Assembly: GCA_951406725.2 (NCBI GenBank)
Contig: OX597833.1
Span: 19,654,001-19,718,000 of the forward strand
Origin: Octopus vulgaris
Lineage: Eukaryota
Reading direction: 5' to 3'
Length of the DNA: 64,000 bases
This document shows positions 1 through 13,434 of the stretch, piece by piece. The position numbers were made by a program, and so were the translations under genes. The notes beneath the pieces are model-generated. The model was given only the letters and a program-made list of their open reading frames with translations, was not told the origin of the DNA and did no database searches. Position 1 is the stretch's first letter. Every line of letters begins with the position of its first letter.

Positions 1-2532
1 CATGTATGTGTGAGCCTGATGTAGTGGAAGAGGACCGTTTTGGAGAAGATTTATCTAGTATGTATAGAGTTGGATGCAAAGTGAGCTCGTAGAACCATCA
101 TGGTTGAGATGTGGAGGGAAGAAAGGTCCTGCAAAATCTGGTAGAGATCCCTTTGGTGAGGAACCAAAAGAATCCACTGCAGTTTGGTAGATGGAAGAGA
201 TTTAGGGCTGTGTGGTGGGTGCATGGAACCATTTTTTGCTATTCAGATGATGGTGTTACAGGTATTTTGCTGCTGAGTAAGAATTTCCCAGTTTGTAGGG
301 ATGGGTGATTTTCATTGCCCAGTTTTAGTAGCACTATTTGACACTTGGGTATCTTCAGCAAAGATACTTGGGTATCTTCAGTGAAGCGAATTCTGCTGCA
401 ACTATATTGTTCAGATTTCTGTCTCCATCTCTCTCTCTCTCTCTCTCCAATCACATTTTGTTTTACGTCAGTATTAGTACATGTTCAAGATGGGCAATCA
501 GATGGATGGATATTGCCAGTATGGAAGAGTCTGCTATGATTTTTGGCATTTTTGTCTTCTCTCCTGACTAATTTATGTTTTAAAAAATTGGTGAAATAGA
601 GGAATTGATAAAGTGTGAGACATGATACACCAAGTTCATGTCTTTTCATTCTTCCAAGCATAGTAAAATAATTACCAATCAAGTCCTGAAGTCATTTTAA
701 TATAAGGCTCTAGCCCTGTCTCAAATTTGTGGTTTGTGCCATTGTTAGAAATTACTATTACAAAGGAACTGCATGCAGAAACATGTGCACAGACACATTC
801 ATATACACAACCACACAAGCTTCTTTCAGTTTCTACCTACAAAATCCATTCACAAGGCTTTGGTCAGTTGAAGATACTTGTTCTAAGTGCTGCACAGTAG
901 GACTGAACTTGAGACTTGCATGGTTGGGAAGTAAGCTTCTTGGCCACATAGCCATGCTTATGACTTTTATTTTTATCTGAGGTGGTGGGTGCAAAAACAC
1001 CCTTGAGGTAATTGTTTCAAGGTATATGATTTTCAAAACGTCCTTGAATTCTGATATAAAATAGTTCTTAGCTAACAAAAGCTTTTGGTGTAAAAAATTT
1101 TGTTTAGTCATCTGTTTATGTTAGCATATATTATTTATGTAGTGCTAGTTGTTTTGTTTGTTTCACATATCTCATACTAGATTTTATAGGTCTCCATAAG
1201 AATATTGTGACTGTCTTGTAGCTGTTATAGTATTTGTTGGTTGTAAAAGCAAAATAGTAAAATATATATATAATACAACTTAGATTTGAAAACAAAACAA
1301 AAATAGTGGCAACTATAAGATATTTGAATATTGTGCCATTTCACTTTGGAAAATTTTTTTTTATAACATTATTTACCATATTTAAAGGCACCCCATTTTC
1401 AGCAACATCTATTCAAGGGAAAAAAATGTTTTTATTATATTAGAGCATGTAATATTTAATGCCATCTTGGGTGGTGAGCTGGCAGAACCATTGGCATGCC
1501 ATGCAAAATGCTTAGTGACATTTTATCTGTATTTATGTTCTGAGTTTGAATTCCATAGAGGTTGATTTTGCTTTTCATTCTTTTGGGGTTGATAAAATAA
1601 GTACCAGTTGAGCACTGGGGTCATAGACCCTTCTCTGAAATTGCTGGCCTTGTATCGAAATTTGAAACCAGTATTTAAAGCAATCGCACAGAACATTACA
1701 AAACTTTACAAAAGTACCTTAGCTAGAGCATCAAAATATATATATATATATATATATATATGGAACAACTTTAGCTGATGGGAGACCCAACTTTATATAT
1801 AGGACCCTGGGTGATTTCTTGAGACATTTTGTTTTTGAAAAAGAAATAAAAAATGCATGTAATATTTAAGTCTAGCTCCTCCGAAGTCAACTTTGCCTTT
1901 CATCGTTTCAGGGTTGATAAATTAAGTACCAGTTACATACTGGGGCTGATCTAATTGACTGGCCCCATCCCCCAAATTTTCAGGCCTTGTTCCTAGAGCA
2001 GAAAAGAATATTTAAGTCCAGCAGTATATTTACAAAACTTTGTAAAAGTACTTTAGCTAGAGTAGAAAACATTGGATGTAAAGAATGTTATTACTGTGAA
2101 GTGAGACTAGGTAGCAGACCGTATGGATTAAGATTAGCCTGTTGTAGTGAGTGTCGGGGACAAAATTAGCTTATGGGAGGCTCAAATTTACATACTAGAT
2201 GTCAGTGGGTTTTTTTTTTTGGTGGTGGGGGAATTTTCTTTTAAAAACAAATGCATGTTATGCAGTGCATCAAAATATAGGTTTCTCATCTATTACATCA
2301 CTTTTTTTCTATTGAAAATCAAGGAGCTTTTGATAGTGTATGCTTTCAACAAGACAATTCCATAGTCTTAAATTAGAAATGTTATTATATTTCACCATCT
2401 GCAGTATAGATTTAGTTTACACTGTAACCTGCTATGCTTGTTGGCCAGCCTTTTTTTTTCCTTTCTATAAATTTTTAGTTTTTTGTTACATAGACCTCTA
2501 ATAGAGTTCCTGGATTGACAGGCTAATTAGAG

Positions 2533-2832
2533 CAGTGGTTCCCAACCTTTTCACAATGGCAGTGGTTCCCAACCCTTTTATTTAAATGAGTTTTCTCATG
2601 GACCCCTTTTTAATATGCTTATCTTTATGTATAGTCTTTTATTTGTTTGTCGTTTGACTGTGGCCATGCTGGAGCACCACTTTTAGCCGAGCAAATCGAT
2701 CCCAGGACTTATTCTTTGTAAGCCTAGTACTTATTCTATCGGTCTATCTTGCTGAACCGCTAAGTGACGGGGGACGTAAACACACCAACATCGGTTGTCA
2801 AGCGATGTTAGGCGGACAAACACAAACTCACA

Positions 2833-2871
<39 letters not shown>

Positions 2872-3077
2872 GACGGGCTTCTTTCAGTTTCCGTCTACCA
2901 AATCCATTCACAAGGCCTTGGTCGGCCCAAGGCTATAGTAGAAGACACTTGCCTAAGGTGCCACGCAATGGGACTGAACCATGTGGTTGGTAAGCAAGCT
3001 ACTTACCACACAGCCACTCCTGCGCCTATATATATGAAATTTTGGACCCCCAGTACTACTTTTGTAGATCACCACTG
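2533..3077. mobile_element. hAT-type MITE (CAGTGG...CCACTG ends) with a nested family-A SINE (about 2636-3028, minus strand)
   Basis: Perfect 8-bp target duplication AATTAGAG at 2525-2532 and 3078-3085; CAGTGG/CCACTG termini. Confidence 0.75.
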
Positions 3078-4777
3078 AATTAGAGCATTGGAAAGAAAAT
3101 ACCTTGCAGTATTTATTGTAGCTCTCTAGTTCAAATCTCACTGAGGCCAGCTTTGCTTTTTATCCTTTTGGAGTTGGTAAAATAAAGTACTTGTCAAATA
3201 CTGGGGGGGGGGGAGAAAATCAGCTGTTCCCCTCCGCCTACCAAATTTCTGGCTCTATGCCTATGTTCAAAACATTATTATTATTATTATTGTTATATCA
3301 TCTTTTGCAGCCTGTTGATACTGAAACAAGAAACCCTTTTCTTTAGTATAGTTGTACCAATGCCAAGCCTATATTCTTGTTATAGTTTCATTACCTGCTT
3401 GTCGAGAGAGAGAGAGAGAGAGATGGTCATGTTTACTGATTTACAGGGCTATTTTTAGCACTTTCTCTTCTGATAATGTGCATTGAATAAATTTAAAGGT
3501 CATCTTGCCTCTCCTATTGTTTGCCCATTGCTATAAAACTGAAGAACAACTAAATATTTATTGGTGTCTTGTTGTTGGTTTAGTTTAAATTGGGTGAGTG
3601 AGTATTATAGTCGTTTCCTCATATTGATTTACTTGCCAAGCAACAAGCTTCCCTGACACTAGTTCGTTGTCGAACCATCTGATGAAGAGATAATGCTGTT
3701 AGAATTATGTATGTTTTATGTTTTTCTCCCCTCCTTCTGCCATTCTAACAAACATTATGCTTTTAATCTATAAATATGTGAGGTTTTTTTTTTTTTGTGT
3801 GTGGTGTGTGTGTGTGTGTGTGTGTGTGTGTCTGGTGCTTTAGACCACTTGGCCAGAAGAATTTTTTTTTATACAGTCAATTGGTCTGCTAGAAATAGCA
3901 ATGAGATCTTCAAATTACACTCTACCATCTTTGACCTTTTGCTTGTCTTGCTTATCGCATGATATCACATATGATACACACGATGTATTTCCCTGATATC
4001 TGTGTATCATATATAATATACATTTCCGAGAGTGACTTTGGAGTTATGAAAGGAAAGCCTTATATTACTCAGAATGTATGAAATAAGGGCTAATTAAAAG
4101 TCTGGAAACAAATGTGGATGTTTAGGGACATATTTATGAAAATGCTTTTGGACAAGCAAAGAATTCAAAGTAAAGGACATAAATAATGTAGTTCTTGATA
4201 TAATAAATAAATGCGCCCTTTTAAAGCCTAGCCAGGCTCATGGGGCCCAGTTTCTATGGCGTATGTGTTCCCCAGCTGGATGGGACACCAGTCCATCGCA
4301 GTGTTACTCATTTTTGCCAGCTGAGTGGGCTGGAGCAACGTGAAATGAAGTGTTTTGCTCAAGAACACAACGCGTTGCCCGGTCCAGGAATCGAAACCAC
4401 AATCTTACAATCATGCTGCTGACACCCTAACCACTAAGCCATGCGCCACCACAGTTCTTGATATACTATAGCTATAAAAAGCATTGGAGCTAGCTTTCCA
4501 GTTTGCAGATGATTTCTTCCTCTACCATTCTCTCAGGTGCTGAGAAAAATAAATAGATAAATGAAAAATGATGCAGTTGTTCAATTTCAAGATTTCTTAA
4601 ATGAATGTCTGCTTCAAAAACTGTGTGCAAGTAGTGAGTGATGTCCTGAGGGTTAGAGTTTTGGAAAGAATAGACTGATCAAAATGTTTACTGAAAGGAT
4701 TTGGGAGATGGTATAGTAAGGGTCATAAATAGGCCTTTATGGCAAGAGTATACAAATATATTACATTTATGTATTTA

Positions 4778-5625
4778 CTAGTATTATAACCCGATTTCAT
4801 TTGGGTCTACTCGGGCCACATTTTAAAGATGGGGAATTTTTAAATAAGCAAAAATTTTATTAAGAATTAAAAAGAAAATGAGGGCAAAAAGCACTGTTTT
4901 TTTCACAACGAAAAATCATTTTCTAGTAGCCGGAATTTCGCGACAAAATGTGTTTATTAAGCACAACAGCCTGCAGTGCATGCTGCAGGGTATTAAAAGC
5001 CAATCACACAAACCTAGAGGGGCTCCGGGCCCCTTTGAATCGATAAAAAATCACTCTTTTTACCATAGCAACCACATCTTTATAGCTTGCAAATTTTAAC
5101 CATTGCGGCTGTCATCCTCACCATGCATTTAGTATCTCTGCCAATTTTCAGCTCAATCCTAGCCTCGGTTTGACCACCATTAACCGTTGAAGCAAAATGT
5201 GCATACAATTTTCACTCAAGGACTGTTTTATAGATATAGAAGATTTTGCAAGATTCTTGATGTGAAGATGAGTGTTGAAACAGATATTGTTATACTTGTG
5301 GATGGTCATCTTTTGATTAAATCTGTGCACAACATATTTGGTCTTCACTTTAATTTTTTTATTATTATTTGGAGTTTACCTGTTTGTCAAAGTTCTTTTG
5401 TCACATATACTGTGGCCGCTTCAGTGACTCTCTATCCCATTTGTCTCCTCGTTTTGTTTATTCTATTTTGGAATAGAGACACATAGGACAGAATCGTTGA
5501 AGAGGTCACATTATGTCATGTTGACAAACTAAAAATAACAATAGTAAAATTAAAGTGAAGATTAAATAAATAGTACATGTGTTTAGTTAACAAAAGATGA
5601 CCATCCCCAAGTATAATATAATAAT
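4778..5625 (-). mobile_element. Probable non-autonomous Helitron
   Basis: a|CTAG at 4778 next to a short hairpin (acccga..ttgggt), as at Helitron 3' ends; the other boundary is uncertain. Confidence 0.4.
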
Positions 5626-5630
5626 ATATT

Positions 5631-5696
<66 letters not shown>

Positions 5697-5977
5697 ATAT
5701 GTGTGTGTGTGTACTTTAATTTTATCTACCAAATACTTCAGTTCACTGAAGGGATGGAAGTAATGTGGGGGTACTGTGACCTCTTCACTGAAACAGCTGT
5801 AAGAAACTATTCTACTTTCTGTGTTCTATGCTATATATTTCAATAATTACTGGTATTTTTATGTATATATATTGTTATAATTGTTTTTAAAAAAAAAATA
5901 GTCATAATGTAATGTCTAAGAGTTGATGAATACCACTTCTTGATCTCCTCCATTTTCTTATTGCTGTATATATAATA

Positions 5978-6258
5978 TCTACTACATATGTGGAAAATCA
6001 GTGTGTGTTTTTTTGTGGTGTTGTTAGCTAACTCCTCCTACATTGTTTTACTGATTTTGATGAAACTTCACATGTGAGAAGAACTCATGTGTGGAAACCT
6101 CATGGCATACTTAGATTGTTGAAAAAAAATCGATAATACGGCCCCTGGAAGGGATCTTTATATCTAACTCATATAACTAATTTTTTTAAACACCCAAAGG
6201 AAATAACCCATAGCAGCTGCACAATATTTTTTTTAAACACCCAAGGGAAAGTTGTTAG
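5978..6258 (+). mobile_element. Possible degraded non-autonomous Helitron
   Basis: a|TCTACTACATAT start, TTAG|t end, internal attttgatgaaacttcaca motif reminiscent of small invertebrate Helitrons. Confidence 0.35.
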
Positions 6259-6563
6259 TTTTTAGCGAAGCGATCAGTATTTGATTCTCATGATCAGAGT
6301 TGGAATGAGACAATTTGGCACAGCTGTTTGGATGCTGACTGGACAGTCAACCTGTTTTGGTGATTGTGCATTTCGGCACAGGAGGCAATTAAACACACAC
6401 GTGCATGCACATGCAGAAATATGCAATAGATAAAAAGAGGATAGGGGGAGAGACATTACAATTTATTAAATTGGATTCGAATGACATAAATACTCTCCTA
6501 CAAATATACATAAAGTGAAATATGTTGAGAGAGAGAGAAGTATCAAAATGAGAGAAATATTAA

Positions 6564-6783
6564 CCCTTTCGTTACCAACTCGGCTGAAACCAGCTCTGAC
6601 TCTGAATACAAATGTCGTGTTTTCATAAGTTTTGAATTATAATCTTCCACCAAGCCTTAGTCACAATTTATGGTCCTAACACAAGCTGAATGATAACTAA
6701 GTTATTTTACTGAATTCTTTGTTATATTTAAAGTAATTGAAAGAAACACAGAGCACCTCAAAATAAATACTGTAACGAAAGGG
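6564..6783. mobile_element. piggyBac-like MITE
   Basis: TTAA|CCCTTTCGTTAC ... GTAACGAAAGGG|CTAA: 12-bp TIRs, TTAA-type target site. Confidence 0.7.
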
Positions 6784-7833
6784 CTAAAATGCCCGATGTC
6801 AAATTAGCATTGAATCAGCAATACCAAATTGGTGCTGCTTAACCCTTCAACATAGAGATTACTCAATAAAATGCCATGCTTATTTATTCATATTGTTTTG
6901 AATTAATCATGCCTTATCTTGTAACTTCAAGATTTTGAATATGTATGCGTAGGAGTGGCTGTGTGGTAAGTAGCTTGCTTACCAACCACATGGTTCCAGG
7001 TTCAGTCCCACTGTGTGTCACCTTGGGCAAGTGTCTTCTACTATAGCCTCGGGCTGACCAAAGCCTTGTGAGTGGATTTGGTAGACGGAAACTGAAAGAA
7101 GCCTGTTGTATGTGTGTGTGTGTGTATGTTTGTGTGTCTGTGTTTGCCCCCCCACCAAACATTGCTTGACAATCGATGCTGGTGTGTTTACGTCCCCCGT
7201 AACTTAGCAGTTCGGCAAAAGAGACTGATTGAATAAGTAATCGGCTTACAAAGAATAAGTCCTGGGGTTGATTTGCTTGACTAGAGATGGTGCTCCAGCA
7301 TGTCCACAGTCAAATGACTGAAACAAGTAAAAGAGTATGTGATTGTTTACTTTTAGAATAACTTTGTTGGGTAGGCGTGAGAGACTGGATCTGGCCAGTT
7401 CAAACATAAAACAGTTAAAATATTTGAGCTGGAGATGGCTGGTTTGAATGCTAAGGAGTTAAACTTCTGTGCCAAAATGTCTCCCACACTGCTGTAGAAT
7501 GTAGGTCAGAGCGAGCTTTGTCAGCACACAAAAAGATTGTTTGATTGGAAACTCCTGATTCAAGAAATCATAAAGCACTTGTGTGTGTGTATAGTAAGGG
7601 TAAATCCCAGCACCCCCCTCCCTCACACACACACAAACACACACACACAGGTGAATACTTAAGTGCAAAACAAGTTGGAAAAAATAGTACTCGAATACCA
7701 TAGGTAAAGTAACACTTTTTATTAAAGCTGATTGTGTGTGTATATAGTGTATTTGTATATATATTTTTATATTGTATGTGTGTAATATATATATATATAT
7801 ATATATTACACATAGACACACACACATACATTC

Positions 7834-8030
7834 GCCATGATAGATCGCCAGCCACTACACACATTTTTTCTCTCCTTGTTTCTTTCTGTATTCCTTTCTG
7901 TAGAAGAGCATAGGCTCGAAACATTAAAGACTTTTTCACTTCCCAAGCGTTATACTAATACATCTGTTTGTTTTCTACACCACCTGACTTCGTCTTTTGT
8001 TTTTTTTTTGTGAATTCTCCCTATATATAT
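7834..8030 (+). repeat. Dispersed ~200-bp repeat (second copy about 45756-45952), Penelope pLTR-like, with a hammerhead-like motif
   Basis: Two clearly homologous copies (cgccatgatagatcgccagccactacacac...agaagagcataggctcgaaac...). Confidence 0.55.
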
Positions 8031-8818
8031 AAAACTTATCTGTTTTAGTCATTAGACTGTGTCCATGCTGGGGCACTGCCTATGTGTATAAAACATACCA
8101 TTTTCCCCCTTCTCCTTAAAACAGCTGTTTTCTTTGGTTTGGGGAATTTTGTTTTTTTTGTAAGATATCTTTGACTTACACATGATGAATTGATAATGTT
8201 CATTTCTAAGAAGACTATGATATGTAACATGTCAAAAAATGCCCGGAAGGACAGGCAGTTGTTTTATGAATATTGTTGAAGGGTTGAATTAAAATCAGAA
8301 TTATTTCCTATTCCCTATACACCATTGTTTTAACATCCACTTTCCCATCCTCGCATGGGTCAGATAGAATTTTGCTGAGGTGGGTTGTTTTTTTTCTATT
8401 ACTGGATGCCCTTCCTGTTGTCAATCCTCAACTGTTTCCAAGCAAAGTAATATTTCCCCATGGCCAGATGCGTTTCCACTGAGGATTGGAAATGGAAATG
8501 AAGGATGCAACTCACACAGTGGTGACATTTATTTACAACAATCACAGGAAGTCAAGACAAGGAGGCAGTAACTCATATAAGCACACACACATATACACAC
8601 GCACGTATACACATGCATGTGTGTGTATGATGGGCTTTTTCAGATTCCATCTGCCAAATCCACTCACAAGGCTTTGGTTGGACTGGGGCTATAGTTAAAA
8701 ACACTTGCCCAAGATGCCATGCAGTGGGTCCAAACCTGATGCCATGTGGTTAGGAAGTAAACCAACTTCTTACTTCACAACCATTTTTGTACTATAAAAC
8801 ATGCATAATACATTTTTA

Positions 8819-9733
8819 AGGGTGGTGAGCTGGCAGAATCGTTTACATGCTGGGCAAAATTCTTAGCAGTATTTCATCTGCCATTACATTTTGAGTTCAA
8901 ATTTCACTGGGGTCGACTTTGCTTTTCATCCTTTCAGAGTTGATTAAATAAGTACCAGTTACACACTGGGGTCCGATGTAATATACTTAATCCCTTTATC
9001 TGTCCTTGTTTGTCTCCTCTCTGTTTAGCCTCCTGTGGGCAATAAAGAAATAATGTATAAAACAGGCCTCTTTCAGTTTCTTATTTCTTTATTGCCCACA
9101 AGGGGCTAAACATAGAGGGGACAAACAAGGACAGACAAAAGGATTAAGTTGATTACATCAACCCCAGTACACAACTGGTACTTAATTTATCGACCCTGAA
9201 AGGATGACAGGCAAAGTCGACCTCGGTGGAATTTGAACTCAGAATGTAACGGCAGATGAAATATGGCTACGCATTTTGCCCGGTGTGCTAACGGTTCTGC
9301 CAGCTCGCCGTCTCTTTCAGTTTCTGCTTACCAAATCCACTTGCGAGGGTTTTGTTGGCTCTGAGATGCCATGGAAGACACATGCCCAAGGCGCCACCCG
9401 ATGGGACTGGACCCAAACCCATGTAGCTGGAAAGCAAACTTCTTACTACACCGCCATGCCTGCACTTACACATGATCCATAATTCACAGTAGCAATATTA
9501 AGGCGGCAAGCTGGCAGAAACGTTAGCATGCCGGACGAAATGCGTAGCCGTATTTCGTCTGCCGTTACGTTCTGAGTTCAAATTCCGCCGAGGTTGACTT
9601 TGCCTTTCATCCTTTCGGGGTCGATAAATTAAGTACCAGTTATGCACTGGGGTCGATATAATTGACTTAATCCGTCTGTCTGTCCTTGTTTGTCCCCTCT
9701 ATGTTTAGCCCCTTGTGGGTAGTAAAGAAATAA
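8819..9733. mobile_element. Cluster of three family-B SINEs (+8819-9052, -9080-9310, +9500-9733); other copies near 19623-19841(-), 33674-34032(+, dimer), 48637-48867(-), 54940-55173(+)
   Basis: Shared head ggcgagctggcagaaacgttagc, B-box-like gagttcaaattc, central gcctttcatcctttcggggtcgataaattaagtaccag (resembles the Meta-type SINE central domain, from recall), tail aataaagaaataa; the 54940 copy is flanked by a 20-bp direct repeat agtacttattttatcattcc. Confidence 0.85.
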
Positions 9734-9743
9734 GTATTAAAAA

Positions 9744-10440
9744 TCATCATCATCATCATCATCGTTTAACGTCTGTTCTCCATGCTAGCATGGGTTGGAC
9801 GGTTCGACTGGGGATCTGGGAAGCCAGAAGGCTGCACCAGGCTCCAGTCTTATCTGGCAATGTTTCTACAGCTGGATGCCCTTCCTAACGCCAACCACTC
9901 CGTGAGTGTAGTGGGTGCTTTTTACGTGCCACCCGCACTGGTGCCAGGCGAGGCTGGCAACGGCCACGGTCGGATTGGTGCAATTTACGTGCCACCGGCA
10001 CGGAAGCCAGTCGAGGCGGCGCTGGCATCGGCCACGAGTCGGATAGTGCTTTTTACGTACCACCAGTCCAGGGGTCCTGGCATCTGCCGGGTGCCAGTCA
10101 TAGGATTGGTTCAATTTCGATTTCGATTACCCCAACATGTCTTCGCAAGCAAAGGGGGTTGGCATGGGTGCCTGTCGTCGGATGAGGTTCTATATCGACT
10201 TCGCTTGCCTCAACAGGTCTTTGTGTTCAAGGGAGGAAAGGCATGCATAAGTGGGCTGGGCTCACTTGTCCTGCCTGGTCTTCTCACGTACAGCATATTT
10301 CCAAAGGTCAAAGTCGCTGGTCATTTCCACAGTGAGGCCTAAAGTTCGAAGGTCGTGCTTCACCACCTCGTTCCAGGTTTTCCTGGGTCTACCTCTTTCA
10401 TGGGTTCCCTCAACTGCTAGGGATTGGCACTTTCTCACAC
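9744..10440 (-). mobile_element. Family-C short retroposon with (GAT)n tail and internal ~45-55 bp subrepeats; other copies near 16095-16631(+), 18502-19030(-), 20880-21209(+), 24664-24899(+), 26527-27195(-), 28382-28940(-), 33334-33673(-), 38474-38926(+), 39645-39996(+), 46805-47040(-), 48000-48284(+), 55292-55810(-), 60749-61040(-)
   Basis: Shared gtggttggcgttaggaagggcatccagctgtagaaac ... ccaacccatgctagcatgga ... gttaaacgatgatgat; variable 5' truncation and simple-repeat tail suggest LINE-dependent (probably RTE-related) mobilisation. Confidence 0.85.
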
Positions 10441-11645
10441 ACCTATCTTCATTGCGATAAAAACACTGCTGCAGCCTGCTTTATCTGTCCTTTAAGCAAT
10501 GTAACTCACACTACTTTGAAGCTGTTCAGGCCCTGCTTACAGTATCTAACTTCACTTACACTTACCAAGCAGTAAACATGACACTCTATTTTATTTCTTT
10601 TTTTATGGTTAGTATTATATCAAACTGAGTTCATATCGTAGTTGAACAGCTGTAGACAGACTAGTTTCATTCATACACACACAGATGTGTTATGCATATG
10701 TGTAGGCACTTCAACATACGGAAGAGCAGGCAAAATATAGTTGATGGTGTTTTAAGTACGAAACTCTACAGGAAGTATTTTGGATGTTATTTTTGTCAAC
10801 TGTGTAAACAAGAGGAAATTAAGGGAAGGGATTACAAGGATTCCTGAGAAATAGGTATGTCATCATAGGAATTATGATACACAGAAAACAGTAGAATTTT
10901 TGATGAACTTCAATATATCTGTCATTGGTATAGTATTGTGGAAATCTTTTAACTAAATACTGTATAAACTTGATTGAAATTCTAGTTGGATACTAAGAAG
11001 ACTTTTAGACATTGATATAAAATGACTGTTCTATGTTGGCATAATAATATATTGGTATTTTATCTTTTACTTGTTCTAGTCGTAGGAGTGGCTGTGTGGT
11101 AAGTAGCTTGCTTACCAACCACATGGTTCCAGGTTCATTCCCACTGCATGGCACCTTGGGGAAGTGTCTTCTACTATAGCCTCGGGACGACCAAAGCCTT
11201 GTGAGTGGATTTGGTAGATGGAAACTGAAAGAAGCCCATCATATATATGTATGTGTGCGTATATGTTTGTGTGTCTGTGTTTGTCCCCCCAGCATCGCTT
11301 GACAACCGATGGTGGTGTGTTTAGGTCTTCGTAACTTAGCGGTTGCATGACAGTACGACTATCACGTGATGTCAAGGTAAAAAGACCATCACACACACAA
11401 TTACATATATGCATGCATGTGTGCATACACACACACACACATGCAGAGGCTTCTTTTAGTTTCTCTCTACCAAATCCACTTATGAGGCTTTGGTTGGCCT
11501 GTAGCTATAGAAGACACTTGAACAAGGTACCACACCGCAGGACTGAACCTGAAACTGTATGATTGGAAAGCAAACTTCTTAGCACACAGCTACAGTTGTG
11601 TCTCTGGTTCTTGTAAAAGTCATTTAAAAAATTTGAATCGGAATA

Positions 11646-12040
11646 GGCGCAGGAGTGGCTGTGTGGTAAGTAGCTCGCTTACCAAACACATGGTCCTGGG
11701 TTCAATCCCACTGCATGGCACCTTGGGCAAGTGTCTTCTACTATAGCCTCACGCCGACCAAAGGCTTGTAAGTGGATTTAGTAGACGGAAACTGAGAGAA
11801 GCCTGTCACACATATATATATATATATGTGTGTTTGTGTGTCTGTTTGTCCCCCCAACGTCGCTTGAGAACCGATGGTGGTGTGTTTACGTCCCTGTAAC
11901 TTAGCGGTTTGGCAAAAGAGACCGATAAAATAAGTACTAGGCTTACAAAGAATAAGCTCTGGGGTCGATTTGCTCAACTATAAAAAAAGGCATTGCTCCA
12001 GCATGGTCGCAGTCACATGACTGAAACAAGTAAAAGAGTA
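11646..12040 (+). mobile_element. Family-A tRNA-derived SINE (CORE-like), full length; other copies near 6946-7336(+), 14208-14638(+), 17958-18348(-), 29510-29902(+), 34972-35380(-), 35550-36100(-), 40373-40771(-), 57010-57390(-), 58233-58636(+), 59795-60520(-), 62020-62518(+)
   Basis: A-box-like TGGCTGTGTGG, B-box-like GGTTCAATCC/GGTTCAGTCC, CORE-like ccttgggcaag, central (TA)n/(TG)n tract, tail aaacaagtaaaagag. Confidence 0.9.
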
Positions 12041-13217
12041 GGAAAATGAGTTTTATCAAAAAAAAAAAAACCAATAAAAAAGCAATGAAAAAGCAATGGG
12101 AAACAAATCTACATTTCCAAAGAAACTAATGAAAAAAATTAAGTAAACAAAATAAACAGCTAATAAAATTCTGTGCCATGAAAAGAGGTTAATTCTAACT
12201 TCAGAGAGGGTCTTTCCTGTCAAGAAATGAGACGTTTTGTGAGTCACTTCTCACAAATGTATTTTGTGAATTTACTCACAGCATTGTTGTTTGGTGACGT
12301 ATAAGAAATGAATGTAGTGCATTCATTAATTTATAATCAAATGTAGAATTGTGTCAGTGTTACTTCAGATAAACTCCTTATCTCTAGTTCTTAGTTTAAA
12401 TCTGGTTTTGCATAGTTTTATGTGCTAGTCTTCCATAGTTAATAATGATAATGATAATAATAATAATAATGATAATGATAATAATGATAATAATAATAAT
12501 CATTGTTTAATGTCTATTTTCCATTAAATCTTAGCATGGGTGACATGGTTTTGTTGTTTGTTCCTTCTCGAGCCATGCCTGGCTCATAAGGGCCGGTTTT
12601 CCAGTTTCTTGGCATATAGGTTCCCCACCTGGACAGGACGCCGGTCTGTCGCAGGTGAGCTGCAATATGCAGGAGGAAAGAGTGAGAGAAAGTTGTGGCG
12701 AAAGAGTCAGCAGAAGTTCGTCATTACCTTCTGCCGGAGCCACTTGGAGCTTAGGTGTTTCACTCATAAACACACACATCGTCCGGTCTGAGATTCGAAC
12801 CTGCGATCCCTCGACCGCGAGTCTGCTGCTTTAACCACTAGGCCATGTGCCTCCACCTGACATTGTTTGACTGGAGTCTGTAAGCTGGAGAGCTGCACCA
12901 AGCTCCAGTCTGTTTTGGTTTGGTTTCAACAGCTGGATACCCTTCCTAATGCCGACCACTCTACAGAGTGTACTGGGTATCTTTTACATATCACCAGCAT
13001 GGGTGCCCTTTACATGTCACCAGTACTGACTATAACTGTGATTTCACTTAGCTCAACATGTCTTCTCAAGCACAGCAAATCACCAGAAATCTTGCTCATT
13101 TGTCATCACCTCCATGCCACTCAACAACTGAAGGTCATATTTCACCCCCTTGTCCTATGTCTTCCTGGGTCTACCTCTACCACAGGTCCCCTTCATATTT
13201 AGAGATTAACACTTTAA

Positions 13218-13434
13218 CCCTTTAGTATTCAGGTTACTTTTTCAAGTATGATGTTTATTCACATCATTTTGAACTAATCTTGCATTATTTTGTAGGTTTG
13301 AGATTTCAATAATGTGATAATATATTTTTGGAAAGACATTGTAGGGTATGTGCGAGAGGCCAGTTGTAGCCAGTATGAACATAAAACAAATAGACTATTT
13401 GGGGGTGGATATGGTTGGTTTAAATGCTAAAGGG
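13218..13434. mobile_element. piggyBac-like MITE, second family; other copies at 52129-52349 and, partial or interrupted, near 6843-7458, 17274-17760, 24298-24506, 39092-39380, 41444-41625
   Basis: TTAA|CCCTTTAG ... CTAAAGGG|TTAA in both the 13218 and 52129 copies. Confidence 0.8.

Noticed and set aside
1-700. Possible decayed Penelope-like coding remnant on the minus strand
   Set aside because: Resemblance too faint and fragmented to support without a profile search.
9782-10342. 186-aa ORF and the many similar ORFs (LQLDALPNANHS; HLPKVPRSGTEPGTMW)
   Set aside because: Chance open frames through SINE families A and C; they recur wherever the SINE occurs, with inconsistent starts and stops.
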